Program-made: the position numbers and the translations under genes
Notes under the pieces: model-generated
Databases searched by the model: none
The model's input: only the letters and a program-made list of their open reading frames with translations
What the model was told of the DNA's origin: nothing
In this document: positions 25,568 to 33,921 of the stretch, in pieces
Layout of the letters: each line of letters begins with the position of its first letter
Numbering within the stretch: position 1 is the first letter of the stretch
Source: Candidatus Limnocylindrales bacterium
Lineage (GTDB): Bacteria; Chloroflexota; Limnocylindria; Limnocylindrales; CSP1-4
Assembly (NCBI GenBank): GCA_036391495.1
Contig: DASVZT010000001.1
Coordinates: forward strand, 1-40,908
Reading direction: 5' to 3'
Length of the DNA stretch: 40,908 nt

Positions 25568-27427
25568 TCAGTCCGCCAGGCCCGCCTTGATGCGCTCCGC
25601 GAGCGCGGCGCCGATCCCCGGCACGGCGGCGATCTGCTCGACCGGCGCCTCGCGGATCCGCTTCGCCGAGCCGAAGACCTTGAGGAGCTCGCGCTTGCGC
25701 TTCGGGCCGACCCCCGGCAGCTGATCGAGCGCCGACCGGACCGCCCGCTTCGCCCGGAGGTCGCGATGGTAGGCGATGGCGAACCGGTGGGCCTCGTCGC
25801 GGAGGCGCTGGACGAGGTAGAGCGCCGGTGACGTGGGCGGCAGGAGGACCGGCTCCGATGCGCCGGGCGGGAAGAGCTCCTCGCGCTCCTTGGCGAGCCC
25901 GACGACCGGCAGGTCGTGCAGCCCGATCTCGTCGAGGACCTCCTTGGCGGCGCTGACCTGGCCCTTGCCGCCGTCGATGACGACGAGGTCGGGCATGCGC
26001 CAGCGGACGTCCTCGACGCCCCCTTCCTCCGAGGCCGCCGCGCGCCGGAAGCGACGCCGGAGCACCTCCTGGTGGCTGGCGAAGTCGTTCGGCCCCGCGA
26101 CCGTGCGGATCCGGAAGCGCCGGTACTCGCTCGACTTCGGGCGGCCGTCCTCGAAGACGACCATGCTGCCGACCGACTCGGCGCCCTGGAAGTTCGAGAT
26201 GTCGTAGCACTCGATGCGCAACGGCGGCCCGGCGAGACCGAGCGCGTCGGCGAGCCCCTCGAGGGCCTCGAGCGTCCGGCCGTGGTCGGCCAGCCAGCGC
26301 GCCTCCTCGCGCGCGAGCGTCTCGGCCGCATTGCGCGCCGCCAGGTCCATGAGCTCGCGCTTCTCGCCGCGCCGCGGAACGTGCAGGTGGACGTCGCGAC
26401 CGCGGCGCGAGGCGAGGAACGCCTCGACGTCGGCCGCCTCGGGGATCGGGACGGGGACGAGCACCCGCGGCGGGATCGAGGTGGCGCGCGTGTAGTACTG
26501 CTGGATGAAGCTGGCGAGCACCTCCTCGTCGGGTGCGTCCGACAGGGCATCGAGCAGGAACACGTCGCGCCCGACGAGCTTGCCGCCGCGGACCGTGAAG
26601 AGCTGCACCGCGGCCTGGTTGCCCCTTCGCGCAAGACCCAGGAGATCGAGCTCCGTCCGCGCGAACGCGGCCATCTTCTGCGCCTCGGTCGTCCGCTCGA
26701 TGGCGCGGATCTTGTCGCGCAGCGCCGCCGCCCGCTCGTACCGGGTCGCCTCCGCCGCGGCCTCCATCTCCTTCTGGAGGGTGCGCACGAGGGCCTCCTG
26801 GCGGCCTTCGAGGAAGAGCTCGATCTGGGCGATGTCGGCGCGGTAGGCCTCCTTCGAGATCGCCCCGATGCATGGTCCCTGGCAACGCTTGATGTGATAC
26901 AGGAGACAGGGCCGCGGCAGAGCGCGGACTCCGTCGCGGATCTCGATCGTGCACGTCCGGAACGGGAAGAGGCGCCGGATCAGGTTCATCGATTCGTCGA
27001 CCGAGGTCGCGCTCGCGTACGGTCCGAAGTAGCGGCTGCCGTCGTTGGGCAGCTTCCGGGTGCGCTCGATGCGCGGGAAGTCGTCCTGCAGCGTGACCTT
27101 GATGTACGGATAGCTCTTGTCGTCCTTGAGGCGGACGTTGAAGCGCGGCTTGAAGCGCTTGATGAGGTTCGCCTCGAGCAGGAGCGCCTCGGACGTGGAG
27201 TCCGTCAGCGTGTACTCGACGTCGACGACACGGTCGATGACGCTGCGGATGCGGTGGATCTCGCCGCCGGGGGCCTGCTTCTGCCAGTAGCTCCGGACGC
27301 GGCTGCGCAGGTTCTGCGCCTTGCCAACGTAGAGGACGGTCCCCCCGGCGTCCTTCATGAGGTAGACGCCGGGCCGCGTCGGCAGGTTCGCGAGGGTCGC
27401 CCGGAGGGGGCTCGAAGGCTCGGTCAC
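25568..27427 (-). CDS. uvrC: excinuclease ABC subunit C
   Basis: GIY-YIG motif (PGVYLMKDAGGTVLYVGKAQNLRSRVRSY), UVR domain, Endo V-like domain and C-terminal HhH (LDQLPGVGPKRKRELLKVFGS). GTG 27427 is preferred over the upstream ORF start, which would overlap the divergent helicase gene. Confidence 0.92.
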   Translation of the reverse strand: MTEPSSPLRATLANLPTRPGVYLMKDAGGTVLYVGKAQNLRSRVRSYWQKQAPGGEIHRIRSVIDRVVDVEYTLTDSTSEALLLEANLIKRFKPRFNVRLKDDKSYPYIKVTLQDDFPRIERTRKLPNDGSRYFGPYASATSVDESMNLIRRLFPFRTCTIEIRDGVRALPRPCLLYHIKRCQGPCIGAISKEAYRADIAQIELFLEGRQEALVRTLQKEMEAAAEATRYERAAALRDKIRAIERTTEAQKMAAFARTELDLLGLARRGNQAAVQLFTVRGGKLVGRDVFLLDALSDAPDEEVLASFIQQYYTRATSIPPRVLVPVPIPEAADVEAFLASRRGRDVHLHVPRRGEKRELMDLAARNAAETLAREEARWLADHGRTLEALEGLADALGLAGPPLRIECYDISNFQGAESVGSMVVFEDGRPKSSEYRRFRIRTVAGPNDFASHQEVLRRRFRRAAASEEGGVEDVRWRMPDLVVIDGGKGQVSAAKEVLDEIGLHDLPVVGLAKEREELFPPGASEPVLLPPTSPALYLVQRLRDEAHRFAIAYHRDLRAKRAVRSALDQLPGVGPKRKRELLKVFGSAKRIREAPVEQIAAVPGIGAALAERIKAGLAD

Positions 27428-27480
27428 GGACCAATCGTAGTCGGGAGATGAGTGGGCGTTGATCGAGCGGTAAGGGAGCG

Positions 27481-29247
27481 ATGGGCCCGGGCCGGCATGA
27501 TGCGGCGATGGAGCTCCACCGCGCCGTCGCGGTACGCCTCGACCGGCTGGCGCCCGACCAGCGCGCAGCGGCGACGGCCCCACCCGGTCCCATCCTGTGC
27601 GTCGCGCCGGCCGGCAGCGGCAAGACGACCACGCTGGTCGCCCGCGTCGCTTGGCTCGTCGACATGGGTGCCGACCCCGCGACGATCTGCGCGATCACGT
27701 TCAACAAGCGCGCCTCCGAGGAACTCGGGGAACGGCTCGGCCCGGCGCTCTCGCCGCTCGGCGTACCGGCCGACGGCGTGCGGGTCCGGACATTCCACGC
27801 TCTCGGACGGGAGATCCTGGTCGACGCCGGCGTCTCCGTCGACCCGTTGATCGAGCGCGACGAGCTGCTGGGCCAGCTCTTCCCGCGCGCCTCCCCGGCC
27901 GACAGGCGGCGACTCGACACGGCGTTCTCGCGCCTGAAGCTCGACCTCGCGGTCACCGCCGCCGAGATCCGCGCGAGCATCGACCCCGGCCCGGTCGCCC
28001 GCGCGTTCGTCGCCTACGAGGAGGCGATCGCCGCGGCCGGCGGCGTCGACTTCGACGACCTCGTCGCTCGCACCGTCCCTCTGCTGGAGAGCGACGGTGG
28101 ACTGCTGGCCCGATGGCGTGGGCGATGTGCCCACCTCCTCGTGGACGAGGCGCAGGACGTCGACCGGACCCAGCTGCGGCTCGCCCTCGTCCTGGCCGCC
28201 CCGGCCAACCGGATCTTCCTCGTGGGCGACGACGACCAATCGATCTACGGCTGGCGCCTCGCGGACGTCCGGCGCGTCCTCGGGCTGGGCGACCTTCTTC
28301 CCGGCTTGCGGCGGGTCGACCTCGTGACGAACTACCGCTGTCCGCGCCCTGTCGTCGAGCGAGCAGTCCGGCTCATCGAGTGGAACACCGAGCGGTTCGC
28401 CAAGCGCATCCAGGCGGGACCTCGGGCGAGCGGCCGGCTCGTGCTCGCGCCGGATGCGTCCGACGACGCCGCGCGGGCCGGGCACGTGCTCGACTCGTGG
28501 CCGGACGACGAGGCGTCCCGGGCCATCCTCGCCCGGACGAACCGCGAGCTCCTTCCCGCGGTCGCCGTGGCGCTCGAACGCGGGATCCCGTTCCGGCCGC
28601 CGCGGATCCAGCTGCTGCTCGACGCACCGTGCCTCGACGAGGTGCTGTCCCTCGTGGAGAGCACGCCCGACGGCGCCGACCTCCTGGCCGCGCTGGAGGC
28701 GATCCGCCGGCGCCTGGCCGAACAGGAAGGGGACCCCGCGGAGACCGACGGCCCGGAGGCGGACCTCCGCGAGGCGGGCAGCCGCGAGGCGGACGGGATC
28801 GGCCCGCCTCGCCCGGTCGAGGTCGCCGCTGCGATCCTCGCGTGGGCGGCCCCGTTCCCGAGCGCGGCGGCCCTCGTCGCCGCCATCCGCGACAGGCGGC
28901 GTCTCCTGCGGGAGCTGGCGCGCGAGGACGCTGCCCTCTCCCTCGCCACCGCCCACGCGTCGAAGGGCCTGGAGTTCGACCACGTGGCGGTCGTCGGGCT
29001 CGAGGCGGGGCGCTTCCCGAGCGCCAGGTCGGTCAGCGAGGCCCTGGAGCCCGAACGCGCCCTCGAGGAGGAGCGGCGCCTCGCCTACGTGGCGTGGACC
29101 CGCGCCCGCCGCTCCCTGACACTCGTCTACGACCCGGCGGCACCCTCGCCCTTCCTGCTCGAGGCGTTCTCGCCTGGCGAGCTGGGCTCCGTGCCGGGGC
29201 CCGCCGCCAGGGCCAGGACCGACGCGAGGTCTACGATGTCGCCGTGA
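27481..29247 (+). CDS. UvrD/Rep-family superfamily-1 DNA helicase (short, 588 aa)
   Basis: Motifs seen: I APAGSGKTTT; Ia ITFNKRASEEL; II LLVDEAQD; III LVGDDDQSIYGWRLA; IV NYRCP; V/VI TAHASKGLEFDHV and EERRLAYVAWTRAR. Confidence 0.88.
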   Translation: MGPGRHDAAMELHRAVAVRLDRLAPDQRAAATAPPGPILCVAPAGSGKTTTLVARVAWLVDMGADPATICAITFNKRASEELGERLGPALSPLGVPADGVRVRTFHALGREILVDAGVSVDPLIERDELLGQLFPRASPADRRRLDTAFSRLKLDLAVTAAEIRASIDPGPVARAFVAYEEAIAAAGGVDFDDLVARTVPLLESDGGLLARWRGRCAHLLVDEAQDVDRTQLRLALVLAAPANRIFLVGDDDQSIYGWRLADVRRVLGLGDLLPGLRRVDLVTNYRCPRPVVERAVRLIEWNTERFAKRIQAGPRASGRLVLAPDASDDAARAGHVLDSWPDDEASRAILARTNRELLPAVAVALERGIPFRPPRIQLLLDAPCLDEVLSLVESTPDGADLLAALEAIRRRLAEQEGDPAETDGPEADLREAGSREADGIGPPRPVEVAAAILAWAAPFPSAAALVAAIRDRRRLLRELAREDAALSLATAHASKGLEFDHVAVVGLEAGRFPSARSVSEALEPERALEEERRLAYVAWTRARRSLTLVYDPAAPSPFLLEAFSPGELGSVPGPAARARTDARSTMSP

Positions 29248-29720
29248 CGCGTCTCCCCACGCTCGGTCCCCGGGGCGAGGGCTGGGTCCTCGCGCAGGGC
29301 GTCCTGCTCCTCGCCATCGCGGCGGCCGGCTTCAGCGGCCCCGCGTGGACCGACGGCCTCCGCGCGGCGACGACCGTCCTCGCCGGTCTCGTCGGCCTGG
29401 CCGGGCTCGTCCTCGCGGTCGGCGGCATTCGCGACCTCGGGTCGAACGTCACGCCGCTCCCCCGGCCGAAGGACGACGCGCAACTCGTGGAGACCGGGTC
29501 GTACGGGCTCGTCCGCCACCCGATCTACGGCGGGCTCGTCCTGGGCGCGCTCGCCTGGGGTCTGCTGACTGCCGCGCCGCTCGCCATCGCCGGAGCGTTC
29601 GTCCTGCTCGCCTTCTTCGATCTCAAGTCGCGCCGCGAGGAGGCGTGGCTCGTGGGCCGGTATCCCGGTTACGAGGCCTACAGGAAACGGACGCGTCGCC
29701 TCATCCCCTGGCTCTACTGA
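29244..29720 (+). CDS. isoprenylcysteine carboxyl methyltransferase (ICMT/PEMT) family membrane protein
   Basis: This is the 3' part of ORF 27597..29720. The GTG at 29244 overlaps the helicase stop (GTGA). Motif: LVETGSYGLVRHPIYGGLVLGALAWGL...EEAWLVGRYPGYEAYRKRTRRLIPWLY. Confidence 0.8.
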   Translation: MTRLPTLGPRGEGWVLAQGVLLLAIAAAGFSGPAWTDGLRAATTVLAGLVGLAGLVLAVGGIRDLGSNVTPLPRPKDDAQLVETGSYGLVRHPIYGGLVLGALAWGLLTAAPLAIAGAFVLLAFFDLKSRREEAWLVGRYPGYEAYRKRTRRLIPWLY

Positions 29721-29762
29721 GCGGGGGGAGGCGCAGGCGGGGGCGGCACAGGGCGGACGGCA

Positions 29763-29791
29763 CAGGGCGGACGGCGCGGCCGCCCGCCCTG
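29763..29791. terminator. GC-rich hairpin between convergent genes (candidate bidirectional terminator, no U-tract)
   Basis: cagggcgg (29763-29770) pairs with ccgccctg (29784-29791) around a 13-nt loop. It lies between the ICMT stop (29720) and the stop of the minus-strand membrane protein (29803). A 14-bp tandem duplication ggcacagggcggac sits at 29745-29772. Confidence 0.3.
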
Positions 29792-29802
29792 GTCTCGGAT
29801 CG

Positions 29803-30459
29803 CTATGCCTTGGCCACCTCGCCTGACGGCTCGGAGCCGCGAGAGGAGGTGACGGCGGGACGGGTCATCCCGAGCAGGAACCGCACGAAGATCCCGGCCG
29901 CCGTCAGGGCGAACACGGCGATGCTGCCCCAGAGAATGGGCTTGGCGAGGTCGAGGTTGCTCGTGCTGGTCAGGCCGGCCGCGATCGCCGCGAAGGCGGG
30001 ATCGCTGGTGTCCTCGAGGCCGTAGACCTGCGGGACGATGTACAGCACCGAGGCCACGACGAGCAGGATGCTGACGAGCCGGAACGTCGCCGGGTCGTCA
30101 TCCATGTCGCGGACGAGCTTGACGACCAGGGCCCAGAGGAGGAGGACGACCGAGATCGGCGCGGTGATGGGAAGGCCGCCGCCCTTCAGGTACAGGTTGG
30201 GGTAGAGGAAGATCATGCTGAGCCCGAGCGTGACGACGAGGAGCGCGTCGCGCATGAGGACGTACGAGAGCCACCACACGTCGCCGCCGAACCTGAGCGT
30301 CAGGCCCTGCAGGAAGCGCACGACGTACGGGCGAGCGAAATGAACGACCAGCGTGAACGACCAGAGGATCGGCAGGATGGCGGCGATGGACAGGACCATC
30401 CACCCGGCGCCACCGGACGTGAGGGCGGTCGCGAGGTCGTCGGCGTTGAGCGGTTTCAT
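29803..30459 (-). CDS. 5-TM membrane protein of unrecognised family (paralog A)
   Basis: This is the 3' 218 codons of ORF 29803..31416. ATG 30457-30459 is preceded by AGGAGGA. It is clearly homologous to the upstream 203-aa protein. Confidence 0.75.
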   Translation of the reverse strand: MKPLNADDLATALTSGGAGWMVLSIAAILPILWSFTLVVHFARPYVVRFLQGLTLRFGGDVWWLSYVLMRDALLVVTLGLSMIFLYPNLYLKGGGLPITAPISVVLLLWALVVKLVRDMDDDPATFRLVSILLVVASVLYIVPQVYGLEDTSDPAFAAIAAGLTSTSNLDLAKPILWGSIAVFALTAAGIFVRFLLGMTRPAVTSSRGSEPSGEVAKA

Positions 30460-30470
30460 CGATCGTCCTC

Positions 30471-31082
30471 CTAGGCGCCGATCGTCGGCCGGCGGCCGGC
30501 GATGCGGAGGTTGTATCCGACCGCGACGAGCCCGAGGACGCCGACGAGGACGGCCGACAGGTAGCCGAGCGGGATCGCGACGGCGGTGTTCGTCGAGGTG
30601 ACGAGTCCGGGCACGATGACGCTGACGTGCTGACCCGTCAGGAGCGTCGCCTGGACGCCGATGATGTACGGCACGACGTAGAGGGTCGCTCCGACGGCCA
30701 GGAGCACCAACTGCCAGCGGAACCAATACGGATCCCCATCGTTGCGGGTCGTGAGCTTGATGAGCATGACCGCGAACGCGCAGACGGCCGCGAGGCTGCC
30801 CGTGACCGGCAGCTGGTCGGCCCGCAGGACATCCGGGTAGAAGAAGATGAAGCTGCCGAGGAACACCTGGACGAGGAAGATGTCGCGCAGCCCAACGTAG
30901 ATGATCCACCAGAGGTCGGCTCCGAGGCGGAGCGTGAACTTCTCGGTGCTGCGGACCATGAACGGCCGCGCGACGTGCAGGCCGAGTGCCGCGATCCACA
31001 GGACGACCAGCGCCGCCGCGATCGTGCCCTCGACGAATTGTTCGCCGGCGCTGAACAGTCCCGCTACCTGGTCGGGTGTCAT
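30471..31082 (-). CDS. 5-TM membrane protein of unrecognised family (paralog B)
   Basis: This is the 3' 203 codons of ORF 30471..33134. ATG 31080-31082 is preceded by AGGAGGG and overlaps the oxidoreductase stop (ATGA). Confidence 0.75.
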   Translation of the reverse strand: MTPDQVAGLFSAGEQFVEGTIAAALVVLWIAALGLHVARPFMVRSTEKFTLRLGADLWWIIYVGLRDIFLVQVFLGSFIFFYPDVLRADQLPVTGSLAAVCAFAVMLIKLTTRNDGDPYWFRWQLVLLAVGATLYVVPYIIGVQATLLTGQHVSVIVPGLVTSTNTAVAIPLGYLSAVLVGVLGLVAVGYNLRIAGRRPTIGA

Positions 31083-33076
31083 CGAGTCCCTCCTGCGATC
31101 GCCGGCTCCTCGCCGGCCGGGGTGAGTGTGTTGGAGTTCGTGGGCGGAACGACATCGGCCTGCCGGGGGCCGCGTCCCGCGCGGACCTCGACCGTCGGAC
31201 AGCCGTAGACCGCGTCGCAGCGGAAGCAGCGGGAGGCCTCCGACCGGGCGGTCGCCTCGTCGAAGTTGCGCTGGTTCGGAGCGAACGAGCCGGGCTCGAC
31301 GACCGGAAGCGGCTGGTGGGCACGCGCCTTGGGCGCGATGTCGATGGAGAGACGCCGCTCGGGGGCCGTCTCGTATCGGACGGTGCGCAGGATCTCGCCC
31401 TCGGGGTCGATCGCACGGGCGAGATAGCCGTGGATCGAGGCTGCGGCGCGGCGCCCGGAGGCGACCGCGTCGATGATCGTCTTCGGTCCCGAGACGACGT
31501 CGCCCCCGGCGAAGATGCCGGCGCGGCCCGTGGCGAGCGTCTTCGGGTCGGCGACGATGCCGGCGAAGGCGCTCACCTCGATCCCCGCCCCTTCGGGCAG
31601 GATCGACGGGTCGGGCTCCTCGCCGACCGCCACGAGGATCGTCGTGGCGGGCAGGTCCTCGTCCGAGCCCGGAACGGGTTCCCAGGCGATCCGCCCGCCG
31701 TCGGTGCGGTCCGTCGGCCGCTGCTCCTGGCAGCGCAGCCCGACGACCGTCCCGTCGCGGCCGATGACCTCGGCCGGAGCGAGACCCGTCCGGATGCGGA
31801 CGCCCTCGCGCTCGGCGGCTTCGATCTCCTCGACCTGGGCCGGCATCTCGGACCTGCCGCGGCGATAGACGATGGTCACCGAGCTCGCGCCGCTCCGCCA
31901 GGCGGAGCGCGCGGCGTCCATCGCGGTCGAGCCACCCCCGACGACGACGACCGAGCCGGACAGGCGCGGCTTCTCGCCGAGATTGACGCGCTTCAGGAAC
32001 AGCGTGGCCGGTACGACGCCGGTCAGGTTGTCGCCAGGGATGCCGAGCCGGCGACTCTTCGATGCACCGGTCGCGAGGAAGACGGCGCGATAGCCCTGGG
32101 CCTCGAGATCGCCGAGCGTGAAGTCGCGCCCCATCGCCGTGTTCAGGCGAAGATCGACGCCGAGGCCCGCGATCCGGGCGATCTCCTCGCCGATCACCTC
32201 GCGCGGCAGCCGGTACTCGGGGATCCCGATCGCCATCATGCCTCCCGGCACGGGCATCGCCTCGAAGACCGTGACCGGGTAGCCGAGGCGGGCGAGGTAG
32301 TAGGCGGCCGACATGCCGGCGGGTCCACCGCCGACGATGGCTACCTTGTCCGATCGACGCACGCGGGGCGCGGGAACGGCTGGGAGCTTGCCCGACTCGA
32401 CCGCGAACCTCTTGAGGTTCCGGATCGAGATCGGCTCGTCGAGGGTCCCCCGGCGGCAGGCGGCTTCGCACGGGGCGGTGCAGATCCAGCCGCACACGGA
32501 CGGGAAGGGGTTGACCTCGGCGGCCACGGCGTAGGCATCGTCGTAGCGACCCTGGGCCACGAGACCGACATAGCGGCCGGCGTCGGTCCCGGCAGGGCAC
32601 GCGGTCTGGCAGGGAGCCACGGGGTTGGCCGGCGCGTCCGACACCATCGAGCTCCACACCTGCCATGGCTGCGGCCGCTCGCGCGTCCGCCAGGTGAACA
32701 GGTCGCCCCAGGGCGAGGGGTGATTCGGCTTGAGCGCCTCGCGCGTCACCTCGGAGAGCGGGATCCAGCCGTCGCCGTCGCCGCCTGGACGGGTGATCGG
32801 GCCCTGTCGCGGAGCGAGCGGGGTTTCGAGACCCTTGTCGGCATTGAGCGTCATGACGACCGTCGGGCACTCGCGGATGCAGATGCCGCAGCCGATGCAC
32901 TCCCCGACCTGGACCGGGCGCTCCATCATCCAGGGCAGCGGCGAACCGCCGGTGAGCGCCGTCTCGACGCCCGGGGCCACCGGGCGGCTCATGTCGAGCG
33001 CCTCGACCGGGCAGACGTCCATGCAGACGCCGCAGTTGATACAGCCTCGGTGGTCGACCTCGATCCGATAGCCCAT
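31079..33076 (-). CDS. 2x[4Fe-4S] ferredoxin domain fused to a GltD-like (glutamate synthase small-subunit family) NAD(P)H/FAD oxidoreductase
   Basis: N-terminus has CINCGVCMDVCP and CIGCGICIRECP. Next comes the GltD/DPD-type cluster region CQTACPAG...NPFPSVCGWICTAPCEAACRRG. Two Rossmann motifs follow: VAIVGGGPAGMSAAYYLARLG and VVVVGGGSTAMDAARSA, then GIFAGGD. ATG 33076 lies 6 nt after AAGGAGG. Confidence 0.88.
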   Translation of the reverse strand: MGYRIEVDHRGCINCGVCMDVCPVEALDMSRPVAPGVETALTGGSPLPWMMERPVQVGECIGCGICIRECPTVVMTLNADKGLETPLAPRQGPITRPGGDGDGWIPLSEVTREALKPNHPSPWGDLFTWRTRERPQPWQVWSSMVSDAPANPVAPCQTACPAGTDAGRYVGLVAQGRYDDAYAVAAEVNPFPSVCGWICTAPCEAACRRGTLDEPISIRNLKRFAVESGKLPAVPAPRVRRSDKVAIVGGGPAGMSAAYYLARLGYPVTVFEAMPVPGGMMAIGIPEYRLPREVIGEEIARIAGLGVDLRLNTAMGRDFTLGDLEAQGYRAVFLATGASKSRRLGIPGDNLTGVVPATLFLKRVNLGEKPRLSGSVVVVGGGSTAMDAARSAWRSGASSVTIVYRRGRSEMPAQVEEIEAAEREGVRIRTGLAPAEVIGRDGTVVGLRCQEQRPTDRTDGGRIAWEPVPGSDEDLPATTILVAVGEEPDPSILPEGAGIEVSAFAGIVADPKTLATGRAGIFAGGDVVSGPKTIIDAVASGRRAAASIHGYLARAIDPEGEILRTVRYETAPERRLSIDIAPKARAHQPLPVVEPGSFAPNQRNFDEATARSEASRCFRCDAVYGCPTVEVRAGRGPRQADVVPPTNSNTLTPAGEEPAIAGGTR

Positions 33077-33243
33077 GCACGCCTCCTTCTCGGTGACGTG
33101 CGACAGCATCTGTGCGACGTCGCGGCGGGACCACCCTCGCCCGGGCGGGAGGGCCGCCCGCTCGACCGGGTAGGGATGGCAGGCCATTCGGCCCGCGCCC
33201 GGCGGGCCGGCCGGTCAGCAGGCGATGGATCGCCCACGTCGGG

Positions 33244-33284
33244 CCTCGGACGCGTCAGCCCTCGGACACGTCAGCTCTCGGAGG
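33244..33284. repeat. 16-bp tandem direct repeat cctcggac(g/a)cgtcagc x2 plus a partial third copy
   Basis: Read directly: copies at 33244-33259 and 33260-33275 (1 mismatch), partial at 33276-33284. It sits at or just after the NarL-type regulator stop and about 170-200 nt upstream of the oxidoreductase start. Confidence 0.8.
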
Positions 33285-33921
33285 ATCGCCCCGTGTCGAC
33301 CAGGCCCTCGCGGACGGCCCGCGCGGCGAGCTCGGTTCGGCTCTCCGCGTGGAGCTTCTCGAGGATGTTGCGCAGGTGGAACTTGGCGGTGTTCTCGCTG
33401 ATCCCGAGTCGCGCCGCGATCTCCTTGTTCCGCAGGCCCTCGGTCACCAGGCGAAGGACCTCGATCTCGCGATCGGTCAGGCGATCCGGTCCGGCGGGCG
33501 CCGGGGGACGCGCGAGCTCGCCGATGATGCGTGCCGCCGTCGCGGGGCTGATCGCCGCCTCGCCGCGCCCGACGGCGTCGAGCATCGAGCGCAGCTGGCG
33601 CGCCTCGAGGTTCTTGAGGAGGTAGCCGCGGGCCCCGCTCTTGATCGCCTCGAACAGGTCGTCCTCGTCCTCGCTGACGGTGAGCATGACGATCGAGACC
33701 GCCGGGTCTCGGAGGGCGATCCGGCGGGTCGCCTCGAGACCGCTCATCCCGGGCATGCGAACGTCCATGAGCACGAGGTCGGGATGAAGCCGGTCCACGA
33801 GTGCGACGGCCTCGGCGCCGTCCGACGCATGCCCCACGACCTCGTGTCCCCAGGCCGTCAGCAGGGACGACACGCCGTCCCGGAACAGGACGTGATCGTC
33901 GGCGAGTGCGATGCGCATCAC
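33271..33921 (-). CDS. NarL/LuxR-family response regulator
   Basis: Receiver domain: RIALADDH...DLVLMDVRMPGMSG...VMLTVSED...GARGYLLK. LuxR HTH: LTDREIEVLRLVTEGLRNKEIAARLGISENTAKFHLRNILEKL. The start overlaps the kinase stop. Confidence 0.92.
   Translation of the reverse strand: MMRIALADDHVLFRDGVSSLLTAWGHEVVGHASDGAEAVALVDRLHPDLVLMDVRMPGMSGLEATRRIALRDPAVSIVMLTVSEDEDDLFEAIKSGARGYLLKNLEARQLRSMLDAVGRGEAAISPATAARIIGELARPPAPAGPDRLTDREIEVLRLVTEGLRNKEIAARLGISENTAKFHLRNILEKLHAESRTELAARAVREGLVDTGRSSES

Noticed and set aside
24021-27980. 1319-aa ORF on the minus strand spanning secD, uvrC and beyond
   Set aside because: The translation is Arg/Pro/Gly/Ala-rich low complexity. It runs out of frame through genes with unmistakable SecD and UvrC motifs in another frame. 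This is a typical high-GC stop-codon-poor artefact.
31083-33134. Upstream extensions of the ORFs that contain the two membrane proteins (ORFs 30471..33134 and 29803..31416), tpiA (13362..15032) and the ICMT gene (27597..29720)
   Set aside because: Only the 3' portions have protein-like composition, internal ATG/GTG starts with RBS or stop/start overlaps. The 5' portions overlap better-supported genes in other frames.
33077-33243. Riboswitch or leader in the long 5' region of the oxidoreductase operon
   Set aside because: I see only a generic GC hairpin and no conserved riboswitch core that I recognise. It cannot be supported without a covariance-model search such as Rfam cmscan.
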